Positions 39,645 to 51,974 are shown, counted from the stretch's first letter. The stretch is DNA of 64,000 bases from Tubulanus polymorphus (GCF_964204645.1 NC_134030.1:16244110-16308109); one strand, 5' to 3'. The notes: generated from the letters alone by a model not told the origin. Made by a program: numbers and translations.

Positions 39645-40250
39645 TGGGTCATATAAGTGTGTAGTAAAGAGTAAGATGTTTTGTGTCAAGAAAAGTTGTC
39701 TTATCTAGGAAACCTGTGATTTGGGAGATCTTTTTATGAATTTTGTTGATGTGTGGATTCCAGTTAAGATCATCGTGTATCGTCAGTCCAAGAAAGCCGG
39801 TTTGTGTGTATCTTTTTCTAGTCAATTTTCTCCCAGCATTATTCGGAGATGGTAAGTGAAGGTAAGGTGTAACTTGATGGTGATGGAATATCATATGTTT
39901 TGGTTATCAAGGTTAGGTGTCAATTTATTTGCAAGAAGTAAGTCATTAAAGATTGTAAGACATTCATTCGTTGATATTTTGAACAAGTAAATTCAGGTTA
40001 GAGTGTGAAGCTAGGAAATTTGTGGCGCCTGCGAACGGTATGTATTCTAAGCATTTGGTAGATTAGTAGATTCATGTAGAGCAAAAATAGAAGGGAACTA
40101 GTAAAGAGCCTTTGGATACGCCTACGTTAAGGAATAGTATCGAGGATAATGTAGAATTGAATTAAGCATAATGCTGCCGATTTGAGTGATATGATGAGAA
40201 CAAATCAAGCGCAGTACCCCTGACTCCATCATGTTCTAGTAGGTCAAGGC
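39645..40250 (-). pseudogene. Degenerate CR1/L2-like reverse transcriptase fragment
   Basis: GVRGTALD, GVSKGSLL and FLGLTIHDDLNWNPHI remnants. Confidence 0.75.
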
Positions 40251-40644
40251 AATGGCCTCACACTGTATGCTTGTAATTTTGTATTCATTTGTGCTGCGAC
40301 GCTTTAACCGGTGATATATTACATACGAGGAGTACTAATCATAACGGACCGGCGAAATAGTGTTGATTAAAGCAAAATGTCGAACTAACCACAGAAATGT
40401 TAATGAAATAACGAAGCTTTAATCCGCTCTCGAAGAAAAGTTAATATTAAGCCAGAATGACGAATTACACGCTGACGATTAAAGTGAGGTCGATTAAGCG
40501 AGACAATCCATCAAAGCGTGATCAAATCCTCCTAATAGGAACGACTAGCGAAACACGAAGGCATTCGCCGTTGCAAGGAAGTTAGTTTTGGCTAGAAATA
40601 CCAGAACGGCTGGAGAAGTTAGCAAATTGGAAAATCATACATAC

Positions 40645-40836
40645 CTAAAAGATGTGCGGGAATCTGACCAGTTTGTGGAAAACTCTCCTCACCGTATTTT
40701 TTTGTGAGTCTATACCGAACGTAAGCATGTAGATTTTTATAAAAAGGTTGAAGTTGCCTGAATAAATTTCCAATGTCAGTTTCAAATGTTTTTGATTCGT
40801 AAGATTGTCTCCATTCATCTCCAGTGTCTTCGAAAC
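40645..40836 (-). CDS. Ace: ACE-family exon 5
   Basis: GFEDTGDEWRQSYE...FYKNLHAYVRYRL...GQIPAHLLG; 192 nt; read in a different frame from the listed ORF 40645..40905. Confidence 0.96.
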   Translation of the reverse strand, partial: VSKTLEMNGDNLTNQKHLKLTLEIYSGNFNLFIKIYMLTFGIDSQKNTVRRVFHKLVRFPHIF

Positions 40837-42129
40837 CTTAAATATAACACAAACTCGTAAATCAAGAATAATTATTTGCTTTGTTTCGATGTAATGAAAT
40901 TCCATGAATTACTACTGAATATACCTTTTAATTGGACAGACTTGTATAGCTGATAAGAAAAATTGCAAAATTTTCCATCAGCAGAGGAACCAAAATAACA
41001 AATATATATATTGTATATATGTTGTAGAGAAGAATTGCATTTACTTTTTTTTATTAAACCCTTGTTATTTGAAGCCATAGTTTTCTTCTTTTTCTATATG
41101 TGCAAATTATACTAATGTTTTACATACCATACAAACAAAATATTCGGCTTATTGAATACATATGCTGATTCGGTCACATAGTGACTTTTTTAGAGTACAT
41201 AAAAAAGCATGTCTTCATGAGATTTGATATTTTTCAATTACAAAATTGATTGTTTCTTTCTTTTGTCAGTGTTGATTTTCATATTTTTAGAAGCCAGATT
41301 TATAATCTTTTACTTCACTTTCAGTAACCGGAGTACAGCTGGCCCATTTTTAATCCGTGTACCGGTTATCGTTTATCTAGTGACGACATGGTAGTTAATA
41401 GTTGATGCTGAGACTATAGACATTGAATCGAATCTAATCAGCTTTCAGGAGGAATTTAATAGACGCATTACCACAATCGACCTGCCTTGAGATATAAACA
41501 AATGCTCTGAGAAGCGGATTTAACTTCTGCAGAAATCGACCTGCCCTGAGAAGCGATTTTAGCTTAATAGGGTCAATATTACAAGATGGAGCTATTTTAA
41601 ACACAAAGCCCTAAACTAGTGACTAAAACGGAGTGGCAAACTAATTGGTAAATACACTAAACCAACCCCAGCCAACATGACCGAAGCCATGACAACGGAC
41701 ACGCGGCCGACGGCAAGAGAAATGAAATACGCAATTAAATAAATAAATGAGGACGCAATTAAGTTACCGACTTTAAGGTTTTAACGGTTTCACAAAAAGA
41801 ATTTTTTATAGTAAAAGTTATCGTGAATAATATTTCTTCTGCTAATTCAAGACATTTTTGATAAAACGAGCGTGTGGATTGTAGCCTACGCGCGACCCGC
41901 TCCGTAACGCGCATTATCTATTACTGATACATACACGGTGATCGCCGCGTATATAAGGCGATATTGCCTACGGGACTGTAATGTTATCGACGCGCGCTCT
42001 CATCACTGTGCCGCAAACTAGATAAACATAATCGGGCTCTAAAAACGGATCGCTGACGCGAAAGTCCAAAAGAATTAATGACGATAAATCATTTTACTAG
42101 TAATAGTAAGATAGTTTTCTGCGTTGCTC

Positions 42130-42264
42130 TATGGGCGGCCATCCCCGCCAAACAGACGCTAAAGTCATCACGTGAAGGATAAACCCATAACGTGAAGTAT
42201 AATGTAGTAACGTGAAGGATAAACTCATAACGTGAAGGATAATGTCATGACGTGAAGGATAACG
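42130..42264. repeat. TATGGGCGGCC terminus plus 20-bp tandem repeat (ACGTGAAGGATAA...), 5 copies
   Basis: Start resembles the terminus at 36579; the repeats are directly visible. Confidence 0.7.
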
Positions 42265-42701
42265 TACAATTTTATGATTTCATTTTAATATTTTATTAAT
42301 TATTATTCTAATATTTAACTTTTATATATTTGAAACATATAATCTAATATTTAAGATTTAGTTTTGATATTTTATTAATCATTTCTAAAATATTGAATTT
42401 TTATACATTTAAAACATACAATTTTATGATTTCATTTTAATTTTTCATTAATTATTTTTAAAATATTTAACTTTAATATATTTGAAATACATAATTTTAT
42501 ATTTAATCTTAATGTTTTATTAATCACTTATAGAATATTAGACTTTTATATTTTTAAAACATACAATTTTATGATTTCATTTTAATATCTTATTAATCAT
42601 TTTTAAAATATTTAACTTTTATATATTTAAAACATATGATTTTATTTTATCAATTTATTATTATGTTTTAGTTTAATATATTTGAGATGAAATATATCTA
42701 T

Positions 42702-43277
42702 TTAGAGTTGAATTATAATTTTTGAGTTATTATATTTTGATTTAAGATGATGCGATTTATTGCTTCGAGTATAATATTTTCCACAATTACATAACGCTTT
42801 TTCATTAGGTTCATATTTAGGTGTTTCGATTTTATTGTCTAAATTACATTGAATTCCAACATCTTTGAATGATTTTTCATTTGGAATGTCAGGGATAAAT
42901 GTTTTTTCTTGTAATCTGAAAAACATTACATTGCATTCTCTGAATGGACAGTAACGTAAGTGTAAAAATAATGTTTTATGTGAATTTTCATTATTAAATA
43001 GTGATCGTATTGCATCTGTAATCATTAAATGTTTAACTATTCCATCAAATGTTGTGAATTTTGGAATTATTGTATTGAATAAGATTTTATCTTTTTCATT
43101 CGATAACTCTATCATTAGATAATGATTCTTAAACATTAATTCAGTAATATTATTCACTTGAAAACGAAAACGTGCAGTTTTAATCAAATCTTTAATAGGA
43201 ATAAAATTTCTAATTGTAAAATATTTTTCTAATTCATTTAAATCGATATCTTTGAATTGTAGTATCTGTTCATTCAT
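42702..43277 (-). CDS. Uncharacterised 191-aa element protein with a C-terminal zinc-finger-like motif
   Basis: Open frame; CNCGKYYTRSNKSHHLKS; preceded by TCAATTTTAATAAAAA...ATAAATG. Confidence 0.6.
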   Translation of the reverse strand: MNEQILQFKDIDLNELEKYFTIRNFIPIKDLIKTARFRFQVNNITELMFKNHYLMIELSNEKDKILFNTIIPKFTTFDGIVKHLMITDAIRSLFNNENSHKTLFLHLRYCPFRECNVMFFRLQEKTFIPDIPNEKSFKDVGIQCNLDNKIETPKYEPNEKALCNCGKYYTRSNKSHHLKSKYNNSKIIIQL

Positions 43278-43670
43278 TTATTAGAATTTTTTTTATTAAA
43301 ATTGATATTTTCATCAACTCGTTAATTAAAATTAAATTTGAGTTAAATTTGATCAATTTACTCGTTAATTACTCGTTAGTTTTTTAATTGATATATATAA
43401 TTATTTCTCTATATTTGGGCTTATTAATCTAAATTATTTTAGTCACACTTTATTCACACTTTTTATGTTAAAAATTGATTTTAATTCTAACAACTCGTTA
43501 ATAACTCGTTATTTTTTATCACACTTTTTATGTTTGCACTTTACTCACACTTTTTATGTTTAAAATTGATTTTTTAATCATTCGAAATCTATATTTATCT
43601 AGATTATTATGCTAACATTTTACTCGCACTTTTAATATATGGAATTATTAGAGTAATTGTATATATAGGG

Positions 43671-44730
43671 TAGAATGATTACCACACTCAAACGTGGTGA
43701 ACGGATTATAAGATAAAATCCCACTATTTACAGATTAAAAGAATTTAAAAACCGGAATTTATTTATTAAATCTAAAATATACAATAGACACGACGTTTCG
43801 ACTTCACCCTAGAGATCATCGTCAGGTGTGAGAAATAGACTAAAAACAGGGGTATATATACAGAGGAGAACAGGTTAATTGAGTAAATTGGTGAGTGAGT
43901 AAATAATTAGTGTTTGGCAAGGCATGAAGTAATATACATTCTTATAATAGTAATATACATAACACTTCTTTTCGTTTACTGCCAAATCAATCATAATCGG
44001 TCTCGCTCAACGCCTCTTTCTCCGTGCACTACGGATCTGCGATGAAACCTTCCTTTCGGCTGAATTTGACCATATATCCAACTCTCTTAGAAAATTGGCT
44101 TACCCTGATCACATTTTGAAAATCGCTATTTCTAAGGCTAAACGTACTTTCTTCAATTCTAAACCTCCAGAAAATAAAAAACACATTTCAGAGTTCATTG
44201 TAGTTCCGTATGTACCTGTTTTGAAAAAGTTTCGTCACTCTCTCCCTTTATTGGATAAACAAATCATTTTCACGTATGAAAACAAAATTAGTAAGACTTT
44301 GGTTAAAAACAATCAATCTAAACCTTTGGACTGCGGAGTTAACAAAATTCCTTGTTTTGGCTGTGATAAAATTTACTTTGGAGAAACTGGTCGTGATTTA
44401 AAAACTCGAATTTCGGAACACAAAAATGATATAATAAATCAAAAACCTGCTAGTGGCGTAGCCAATCACGTTTGGAACACTGGTCATCGTTTTAATTTTG
44501 ATAAAGCCGAAATTATTTATACTTCCAGCAATTACACTAAACGCCACATAGTTGAGTCTGCCCTAATTACTCGTCACTCAGATATTAGTACCAATTTAAA
44601 TAATGGCTTTTCTCCTGACGATGATCTCTAGGGTGAAGTCGAAACGTCGTGTCTTTTATATATTTTAGATTTAATAAATAAATTCTGGGTTTTAAATTCT
44701 TTTAATCTGTAAATAGTTGGATTTTATCTT
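43671..44730 (+). mobile_element. Truncated Penelope-like retroelement (RT tail and GIY-YIG endonuclease) with inverted pseudo-LTRs and 15-bp TSD
   Basis: GVNKIPCFGCDKIYFGETGRDLKTRISEH; 43710-43826 is inverted at 44613-44730; ATTGTATATATAGGG duplicated at 43656-43670 and 44731-44745. Confidence 0.92.
44613..44655 (+). ncRNA. Hammerhead-ribozyme-like core in the Penelope pseudo-LTR (inverted copy at about 43786-43826)
   Basis: CTGACGA...GAAAC core; minimal hammerheads are known from Penelope pseudo-LTRs; fold not verified. Confidence 0.55.
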
Positions 44731-44989
44731 ATTGTATATATAGGGGTTCAGATTAAAGGTTGAAAGGTTGAGTGAGTAAAAATGAAAAATAAATTCGAGC
44801 GTGCGAGAACTTATTTTTCATTTTTTATGAGCTCGACTTTTCGAACTTTGATCTGAACCCCTATATATACAATTCCTAAAGACCACAGGCAAGTACCTAG
44901 GATGATGTAGCGCGTGTATGGAAAGTCATATTGGAAATCACATCAGGGAAGAATGGATGACGCCATCCATTTCAAGATCGTCTCGGAAA

Positions 44990-45440
44990 TGTGATAAAAT
45001 TTATAAAAGTTGTATATATTAGTCTAAACGAAAATGACCAGAAATATAAGGAATATGTCCTACATAGAAATAATCTCAAAAGACGACAAATCTTGGTTAC
45101 TATTCAAATAAATTAAGAAGAATGACACTACAAAAACTCATTCAATAAAAACTCAAGCAATTCATGAAAAACCGCTATTGAGAAAAGCTGGGTAAACTTC
45201 AGTCATTAGTAATAGCTTTTGAATTAATGGCAACGTGACATCAGATCCAACGATGATTTCAAATGGATTCGGAAAGATTTGCGAATGAGATTCCAAAATC
45301 AAATAGAGTCAATGATATTATAGTTAAAGAAGGTTAAACAAAATATTCTCAAACCACTAATTCTAATAATGAATAAATCTCTGGAGGAAGGAGTTTTTCG
45401 TGATGATATGAAAATAGCGTCGTTTTCCCAAAAGAGTTCC
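44990..45440 (+). pseudogene. Highly degenerate LINE ORF2 relic
   Basis: INKSLEEGVFRDDMKIA, the motif just upstream of the RT domain. Confidence 0.55.
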
Positions 45441-46560
45441 TGCCAGTTTTCTCAGAAATCCCAGAGAAACTCCAAACACCAAAAGTGAAGTCAAGTGAAA
45501 TAATCGCTGTTAGACAGCGTCCTCCCGCCAACTCTTCACCCCAAACATTTCTCTGCCTGCGTTCCTGTTGTACTTCATAAACACGCAACCAGTCCATATA
45601 TTATATCTATCGGATGCGATGTTTTTCACAGGCAGATTCATTATATTACCACGCATCTGATTGGCTGGTGTCCGCTGGGCCGTTACATCAGCGAAGGTGT
45701 ATTCTCAATGGCGGGGAAATATGGAATCGGGTTTAGAGGTTGTTCGGAATTTCCGACGTATGCGATATTTTCGTCGTATTCTTTTAAAAAATTTTCCGAG
45801 GTATAGAATTCCAAGCTAGACGATTTATTTGAGAATGAATTATTTTTTCATTTAGTTTTTACAACTTCTGCCCGAGCTAACCGATATTCCGAGCTATGTG
45901 GATCCGAGTTATGCGGGGTCTACTGTAGTTTAGTATTTTCCCATTCTACTGTTCTACCCGGCTATTCTGCTCTCCTTTAGCATAGTAGAATAGTTGAAAA
46001 AATTTTCGGATAGCGACAGAATAGTCACTTTTTCGTTCGTATAGAATTTTCATATAAATGCATTATAGAAAAGATTAAATTGTTATCGATTTATTTTTAA
46101 ATATGGCATATTTGCAACCATTATTTATATATATATTTTTTTTTTCCTTAAAAAGCCCGTTCACATTGGAGTACACCTGCCCATTTTTTCCGTTTACATA
46201 AACATCCAAAACATTCATTATAGTTGCAAACCCACGGCCCTAATGATAGACCAGATATTGGTTCAGTAATTCTATTACATAAACGGTGCATGAAACGCGA
46301 AAGTTCTGTCGTTGATTTTAAGAAATGTATGACTATATCGTGTATTGTGATGTGCTTAATATGACAGAAAGGTCAGAGCGGCGGGCTGACTTTGACCAGG
46401 GCGGTTAAAACACCTGAATGTAGAATGTACATGTTTAACAGATCATGTATCATTTGTATCTATTTTGGCGCCGACGGTGGATTGATATGAAAACGAACGT
46501 AAATTATTCATGACATCAATTCTAACTGAAAAATCAATGTTTTGAATGTGACCTACTTAC

Positions 46561-46704
46561 CGAGGCTTTTAGACGCTTCATTACTCAGTTCAACAAATTC
46601 GCTGTAAATATTACGTAATTTGGGCCCAACTGCATCTCTCCAGCTTTTCCATGCCCACAACAATTCATTATAATCTCTAGATTCAGCCATTGTTCGCGTT
46701 AAAT
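46561..46704 (-). CDS. Ace: ACE-family exon 4
   Basis: DLTRTMAESRDYNELLWAWKSWRDAVGPKLRNIYSEFVELSNEASKSL; GTAAGT donor; 144 nt. Confidence 0.95.
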
Positions 46705-46787
46705 CTACACAAATATTAAGTATATTTGTATCTTAGTATTTAAAAGATGTTACACGTAGGGACCGGTTTAGATGGGTTAATCCTAAC

Positions 46788-46875
46788 CTGGTTCTAATTC
46801 CAAGCACTGATTCTTAGACTTGCACACTTTTCCAGTTGCATAAATTGTCTCCATGTTTGTAACAATTTCAGTATA
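46788..46875 (-). CDS. Ace: ACE-family exon 3
   Basis: YTEIVTNMETIYATGKVCKSKNQCLELEP; AG/GT borders; 88 nt. Confidence 0.93.
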
Positions 46876-47016
46876 CTGGAATGTGAAAGTTGATGGATTA
46901 GGATGATGGATCGATATAGGCCGCAACCTTCGTACCAGTTTCACTGAAACGTGGGATCTACGTAGACAAAGAATCTTTTTAATTCAAAAATACGTAGTTC
47001 TTTGTAATACACTCAC

Positions 47017-47178
47017 CTTTTTTATCTTTGTATTTTCATTTAATGCCGCAAAACCAATGTTCGTAACGAAATGAAACATTCTTTTCAGAGTTGAGTTAGT
47101 AAAATTTTTCCAGTCAAACTCGCTTGCGTTTACATAGGCTGCCAGGGCAAACTCGGCTCCAATACGCTCATATTTTTC
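47017..47178 (-). CDS. Ace: ACE-family exon 2
   Basis: Hand translation EKYERIGAEFALAAYVNASEFDWKNFTNSTLKRMFHFVTNIGFAALNENTKIKK; AG acceptor, GTGAGT donor; 162 nt. Confidence 0.92.
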
Positions 47179-47699
47179 CTAAAAATAAACAAACGGCTGA
47201 ATGCATTTCATCTTAACAATCCCAGCATATCGCACTGGTCCATGATACATGCATGGACCATCCATAAGGCCTCAAGTCAAGATACCATAATAAGTATGTC
47301 TAGTCAATTAAACTTTCTCCAAATAGTCATTTGGCAGGACAGCTTTTAAGTTCACGGCCCCTGAGCAGATTTGGACTTCTGAAATAGATACGACTTACGT
47401 GAAAATACGACTTATAAAGTGCGAGTTATGAGCATAATTTTATAAGTTTAAAGAAGAATAAATTGGGGCTGTAGGCCTACAAAAATATGAAATCTAAAAA
47501 ATATAGCAATCATCTTGGTTACGAATTGCTGACGTGTTTAATACAATTGATCTCAGCGCCCCCCCCCCCCCCTAGAGAGTTGATTTGGAAAACCGCAAAA
47601 AAATCAATTAAAATTCAACAAGAAATAAATATAAGAATTAACAATTCAACTAGCTTGTTAAATCTAGTGTATAACTATTTACGTTCGAGTTGGATTTTA

Positions 47700-48888
47700 G
47701 TTGTAAAAATGCAACCATCTTATCACAACTAAAATCAAAAAACTTTGGATGATTTGGGAAAAAACAGAAACAAAATTAACTCCAAATAATGGAGCTTTAA
47801 ATGATATCACCACAATAATTGAATATCATCTTTAATGTAAACATCAATGAGAAATATTAATAGCATCCAGGAAACGTAAAGATTTCATTGGTAATAACTT
47901 AACTCATAATGAATTAGATAAAATGAAACCAGACCAAATTATTAAATTACTCTAGATTTATGAAACTGCGAGAATTGCGAGAATTAATGACGCGATATCA
48001 GAAAATGTAGTAACAGGTTATTCTAAATTATGCAATTACTTGCTCCCAATTGATGATAAAAATGGATTATATTCCGATTTAAAAAATTATCATAAAGCAA
48101 TGACTGAATTAAATAAATGGATTGGATATTTATAATTTCGATTAGGTGGATTTATGACATTATTATCAACGGGAGTTTACAAACGTTGAAAGTAAAAATT
48201 TTGCTTTAATAGATGATCGAAGTAGAAGTGAAAGAAATCTGTGAGGGAAAAACCGAGAACAGAGAAACAAATCGAATGGTCTCGGCAATTATAAATTAAA
48301 TCTAAAGAGTTTAGAAAAGCAAAAAAGGAAAACATAAGTAAATTAAATAGTGAAAATATCAGAGATGAAACTCGGATAAAAAGCAGCAGTTGTTGAGCGA
48401 TTAAATAAAACAGTAAGAACACGAATGTGGGAATATTCTATTTCATCTTATTTACTGATTTTTTTATATTCATTCAACAATTTCTGAATCATGATGACTA
48501 TCTTCATTTTTAACCATGATAAACTATTTTAAATCCTTCTAAATCTTTTAATTCAACCTTATTCAATATAACCCATTTATCAGGTAGAAGTACCCTAAAT
48601 TCACGTGTTGTGTTTTACACTACAATAACTGAGATGAGCCGTTATTTTTTCACGATATTTAGTTTTTAATATCTATTTTTTTTTCTAATTTCATTATTTT
48701 ATGTTCAATTTTTTGTGAAACATCGACTAATTTTTATATTTTATATTCTTACTTCGATGGTTTTATTCCGTTATTTATCGATGCTAAGAAGGTCTTTCCG
48801 TCTTCCATTTAAAAGGAAAAAAAATTACGGAGTGCGGACGACTTGCCCCCTCGTCCCCTGGTATGAAACCCACATATTTCAGTTACTA
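47700..48888 (+). mobile_element. Derivative D of the virus-like element, in ACE intron 1
   Basis: 47790-48350 is a decayed paralogue of the genes at 63023 and 63612 (ELDKMKPDQII, RINDAIS, YSKLCN, RTEKQIEW); ends in a single arm CTGGTATGAAACCCACATATTTCAGTTACT like the left end of B. Confidence 0.7.
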
Positions 48889-50148
48889 ATATAGGGGAGA
48901 TTAGTTGAGGAGAGAGCTTAGTTTGGGATATGACGTTGAGGTCGGAATTAGGGTCGACAGTTAGTATCTAATGCCTCTACAACTTCGATAAGTTTAGCTT
49001 CGAGGAATCGCATCAATAAGATCGTCTTTGAATCGTGGATTACGAGTTATATGTTACTTTAAACTGGATGACAGTGCGTGAAGTTATCAACGAAACGGGC
49101 CAAACGGATAAGGAAGCAAAGCAGACTTTCAACCACGTCGCCTTTTCCACATACTATCAAACCAATATATCATATATATTCGAGTTTAGTTATTATCGAA
49201 AAAAAATATTCTTTTACAGGTATACGGGTAGGACCTACGAATAAGATAATGATAAGAATTCTTATGAATTGGCTTTGTAGTAAAAGGAGTCTTATATAGG
49301 CTTTTGTGAACATCTTCTCGGAAACAGCAAGGAAACTAACGATAATAATAATACTATCAATAATAATTATGCAGAGGAAATCAAAAGGGTTTTGTGTGAA
49401 AAACAACAGAAGAAACCATCATTAAGGAAAGTACGAAGTCAAATAGAATAACAGCCATAATAATTCGCTGAAATTTTTACCACTTTCGGCGAAATAGTAG
49501 CTGTTTTGCATCCATCGTCGAAAAGCAGGAAGTTTACAACAACATTGATTTCGCTATAGTGAAAGTCCATTAGATGTCTATAAAATTCCATTTTTATTCG
49601 ATGTAACTTGAATAAAGCAACATTTCATTTTGGAAAAAACGTTTTCGAAGTTATGCACGGGCGTCGCACGTATTGTTCGTATGCGTTAATATTACGCATG
49701 CGAGTTTACAAAAAAGCATTACGCGCGCAAACAATGCCCAAACAATACATGACCTCAAATAGCAATGATCGACCTGTTTAGAAATTTATGCTGCATGCGC
49801 TCAGTGCCAATAACGAATAACGCTTTGTTTCTTCACGTTCAATATCCCTCCATTTGAAGGAGTTACTCGACAGTTCATATAACCCTGAGCAAAATTTTCT
49901 AACATTTATGATTTGGCTTCCTCAATATAACTCTACATTTAACTAATAGAAATCGGCAATAAATCCTCGAATAAACGCAGTTCATTCCTCAATACTTCAC
50001 GTAATGTCCATTCAATGTGCGTATGCATATATGAATGATGCAGATAGTAAGTACCGTTTACTAAGTACTATACGAACCCGAAAAGCCAAACGCCGACTCT
50101 TTACGCTAATATCACTGTAATGTCCTTATTCTTATGTTACATACAAAC

Positions 50149-50337
50149 CTTTATTTTGCTATTAGCTTCGGTCAAGTTGGTAGTGTAATTCCAGGCTGCA
50201 TCAACTATATTGAAGTTTATTCTCTCAGCTTGGTCATCGTAACGATTCAGCCAAGTTGAAGCTTTTGTCTCATTATGCATATTCAGCTCCGCCGCCACCG
50301 CAGTTATTGCTGGCAGAATAAGAAAAACAATCATCAT
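50149..50337 (-). CDS. Ace: ACE-family peptidase M2, coding exon 1 (signal peptide and start of catalytic domain)
   Basis: MMIVFLILPAITAVAA signal-like N-terminus followed by ...AAWNYTTNLTEANSKIK; GTTTGT donor; 189 nt, phase 0. Confidence 0.88.
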
Positions 50338-51377
50338 GTTCTTCCGGGCTTGACTGGTAGAAGTAATCTAAAGAAAGTACCTTAATAGACCGATTTAAGA
50401 ATAGAGGTCTAGGGTTACACTGTGACACACATTCTTGTATCAATCGTCTGATAAGCAGAACACTTGGATACGTTATCCACTTATAATGGCCTGCAGAATG
50501 TTAGATAAATATTCAATCCGTACCCTACTGAGCTATTTTCCGTTCGAAAACTGCACTAACTTGAAAGCTAAGGTGGAGTCTCCAACATTTATATCAACTG
50601 AGAAACAGGTATCAAGCAGATGCATCCTAATACCCCAGCTCACGCAGTGAAGTCGATTATTTGTTTCTTATTCTATTACTTATCGAATATGAAGTATTCT
50701 CAGTAAATATGCGTCTATCTTTTCTAAAAACCAGAAGGAATCTTTCTATGTAGTCGGGTTAATATCAGCAATTTCAGCGCAATTAGATGGTCATCAATCG
50801 AGATGCGGACATTTAGACCTAATTCTACTCATAAGTTCGAAATGAATTGTACAGCAGTTCAGAAATATTCGATAATAGTTTGTAACTTCAAAACATCAAT
50901 TCATACAGCATCAGAACAGACACTGATAGTTTGCGCTGAATTCATAGACGAAAGAGGGAGCAGGTCGATCAATTCATTTTAATAGGCGGCACCTAAAAAA
51001 ACTTTTCGCATAATTTTTTTTTGTTTTCAAAAAATTAAGAAAAGTCTTTTTAAAATTTAACATATTTTTATTTTATTTAACTTTTTTTGTAAAAAAAAAC
51101 AAAAAGTGAATGAAATAATTAGCATTAAAAATGCGAAATATGCTCTAAGAGTACGTACTGTACATGACTCGTGCAAAGATTTTTGTCAATATTTGAGTTA
51201 GGAAGTTTCGAGCTATAAAATACAATGAGATGAGCATAAATAGTACAAAATTACATTTAAGACTTTAAGATTAAGAGGTTCAAATAAGTTGTTTATTGCA
51301 AACCTTATGATCTTAGAGAATATTGCAATCATCTATACTGCTTTTTAAATACTGTCAGATGGGTTGACTCTGGCCAG

Positions 51378-51696
51378 CATCCTGTTGGGTAAAATTAACT
51401 CAATTTCAAGCGACCACCTCTTGGTTATCCAGAAGTTTTACTATACAGACTGAGACTAGATGATTGAACTAAATTTTTGAATCAAAATATTGTCACTGGA
51501 GTAAATATCTATTCCTTATTACACTTTCAGCACTAATCATATTTTACATGTAATTGAAGGTATTTCTGTCATTTAAAGTTAATAAGGTATAACCACATTA
51601 AATACCCCGGCCTTAGATAATCCAGTAGGTTTAAAGCGAAAGGATAAAATTAGGAATGTACTAGTGATATAATTTTTTGGAAGAGTATTTTGACCT
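51378..51696 (+). repeat. Dispersed repeat; uninterrupted copy of the sequence split at 25214-27295
   Basis: Matches 25214-25253, 26343-26515 and 27190-27295 in order. Confidence 0.85.
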
Positions 51697-51820
51697 TCAG
51701 ATCTGATATTCAAAGTGTAGTGTTGCGTTTATTAGCACAAAATTGCAATATAGCGATCCTGAAGTTCGATTGACGACAAACAATGAATATGTATTTGATG
51801 TATTTATTTGACGAGAGCAT

Positions 51821-51974
51821 GAGTAATAGGGAATATGTTGTTCTAGATCAAAGGTCGAAAGGTCGAGTGAGTAAAAAATGAAAAATAAATTCTCGCACAC
51901 TCGAATTTATTTTTCATTTTCTACTCACTCAACCTCTCAACCTTTAATCTAGAACAACATATTCCCTATTACTC
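51821..51974. repeat. Terminal hairpin of element E (154 bp)
   Basis: GAGTAATAGGGAATATGTTGTTCTAGAT ... ATCTAGAACAACATATTCCCTATTACTC. Confidence 0.96.

Larger units (their letters stand above)
42265..44877 (-). mobile_element. Derivative C of the hairpin-ended element, in ACE intron 4
   Basis: AT-rich repeats at 42265-42650; ORF 42702-43277; subterminal 43550-43660 matches 11295-11415; hairpin split by Penelope (43651-43670 and 44731-44877). Confidence 0.8.

Noticed and set aside
40645-40905. Listed 86-aa ORF as a protein
   Set aside because: It is the wrong frame over ACE exon 5.
42169-42264. ACGTGAAGGATAA repeats with short variable gaps as a mini-CRISPR
   Set aside because: The period is 20 bp and the gaps alternate between two related types; this is a subterminal transposon array.
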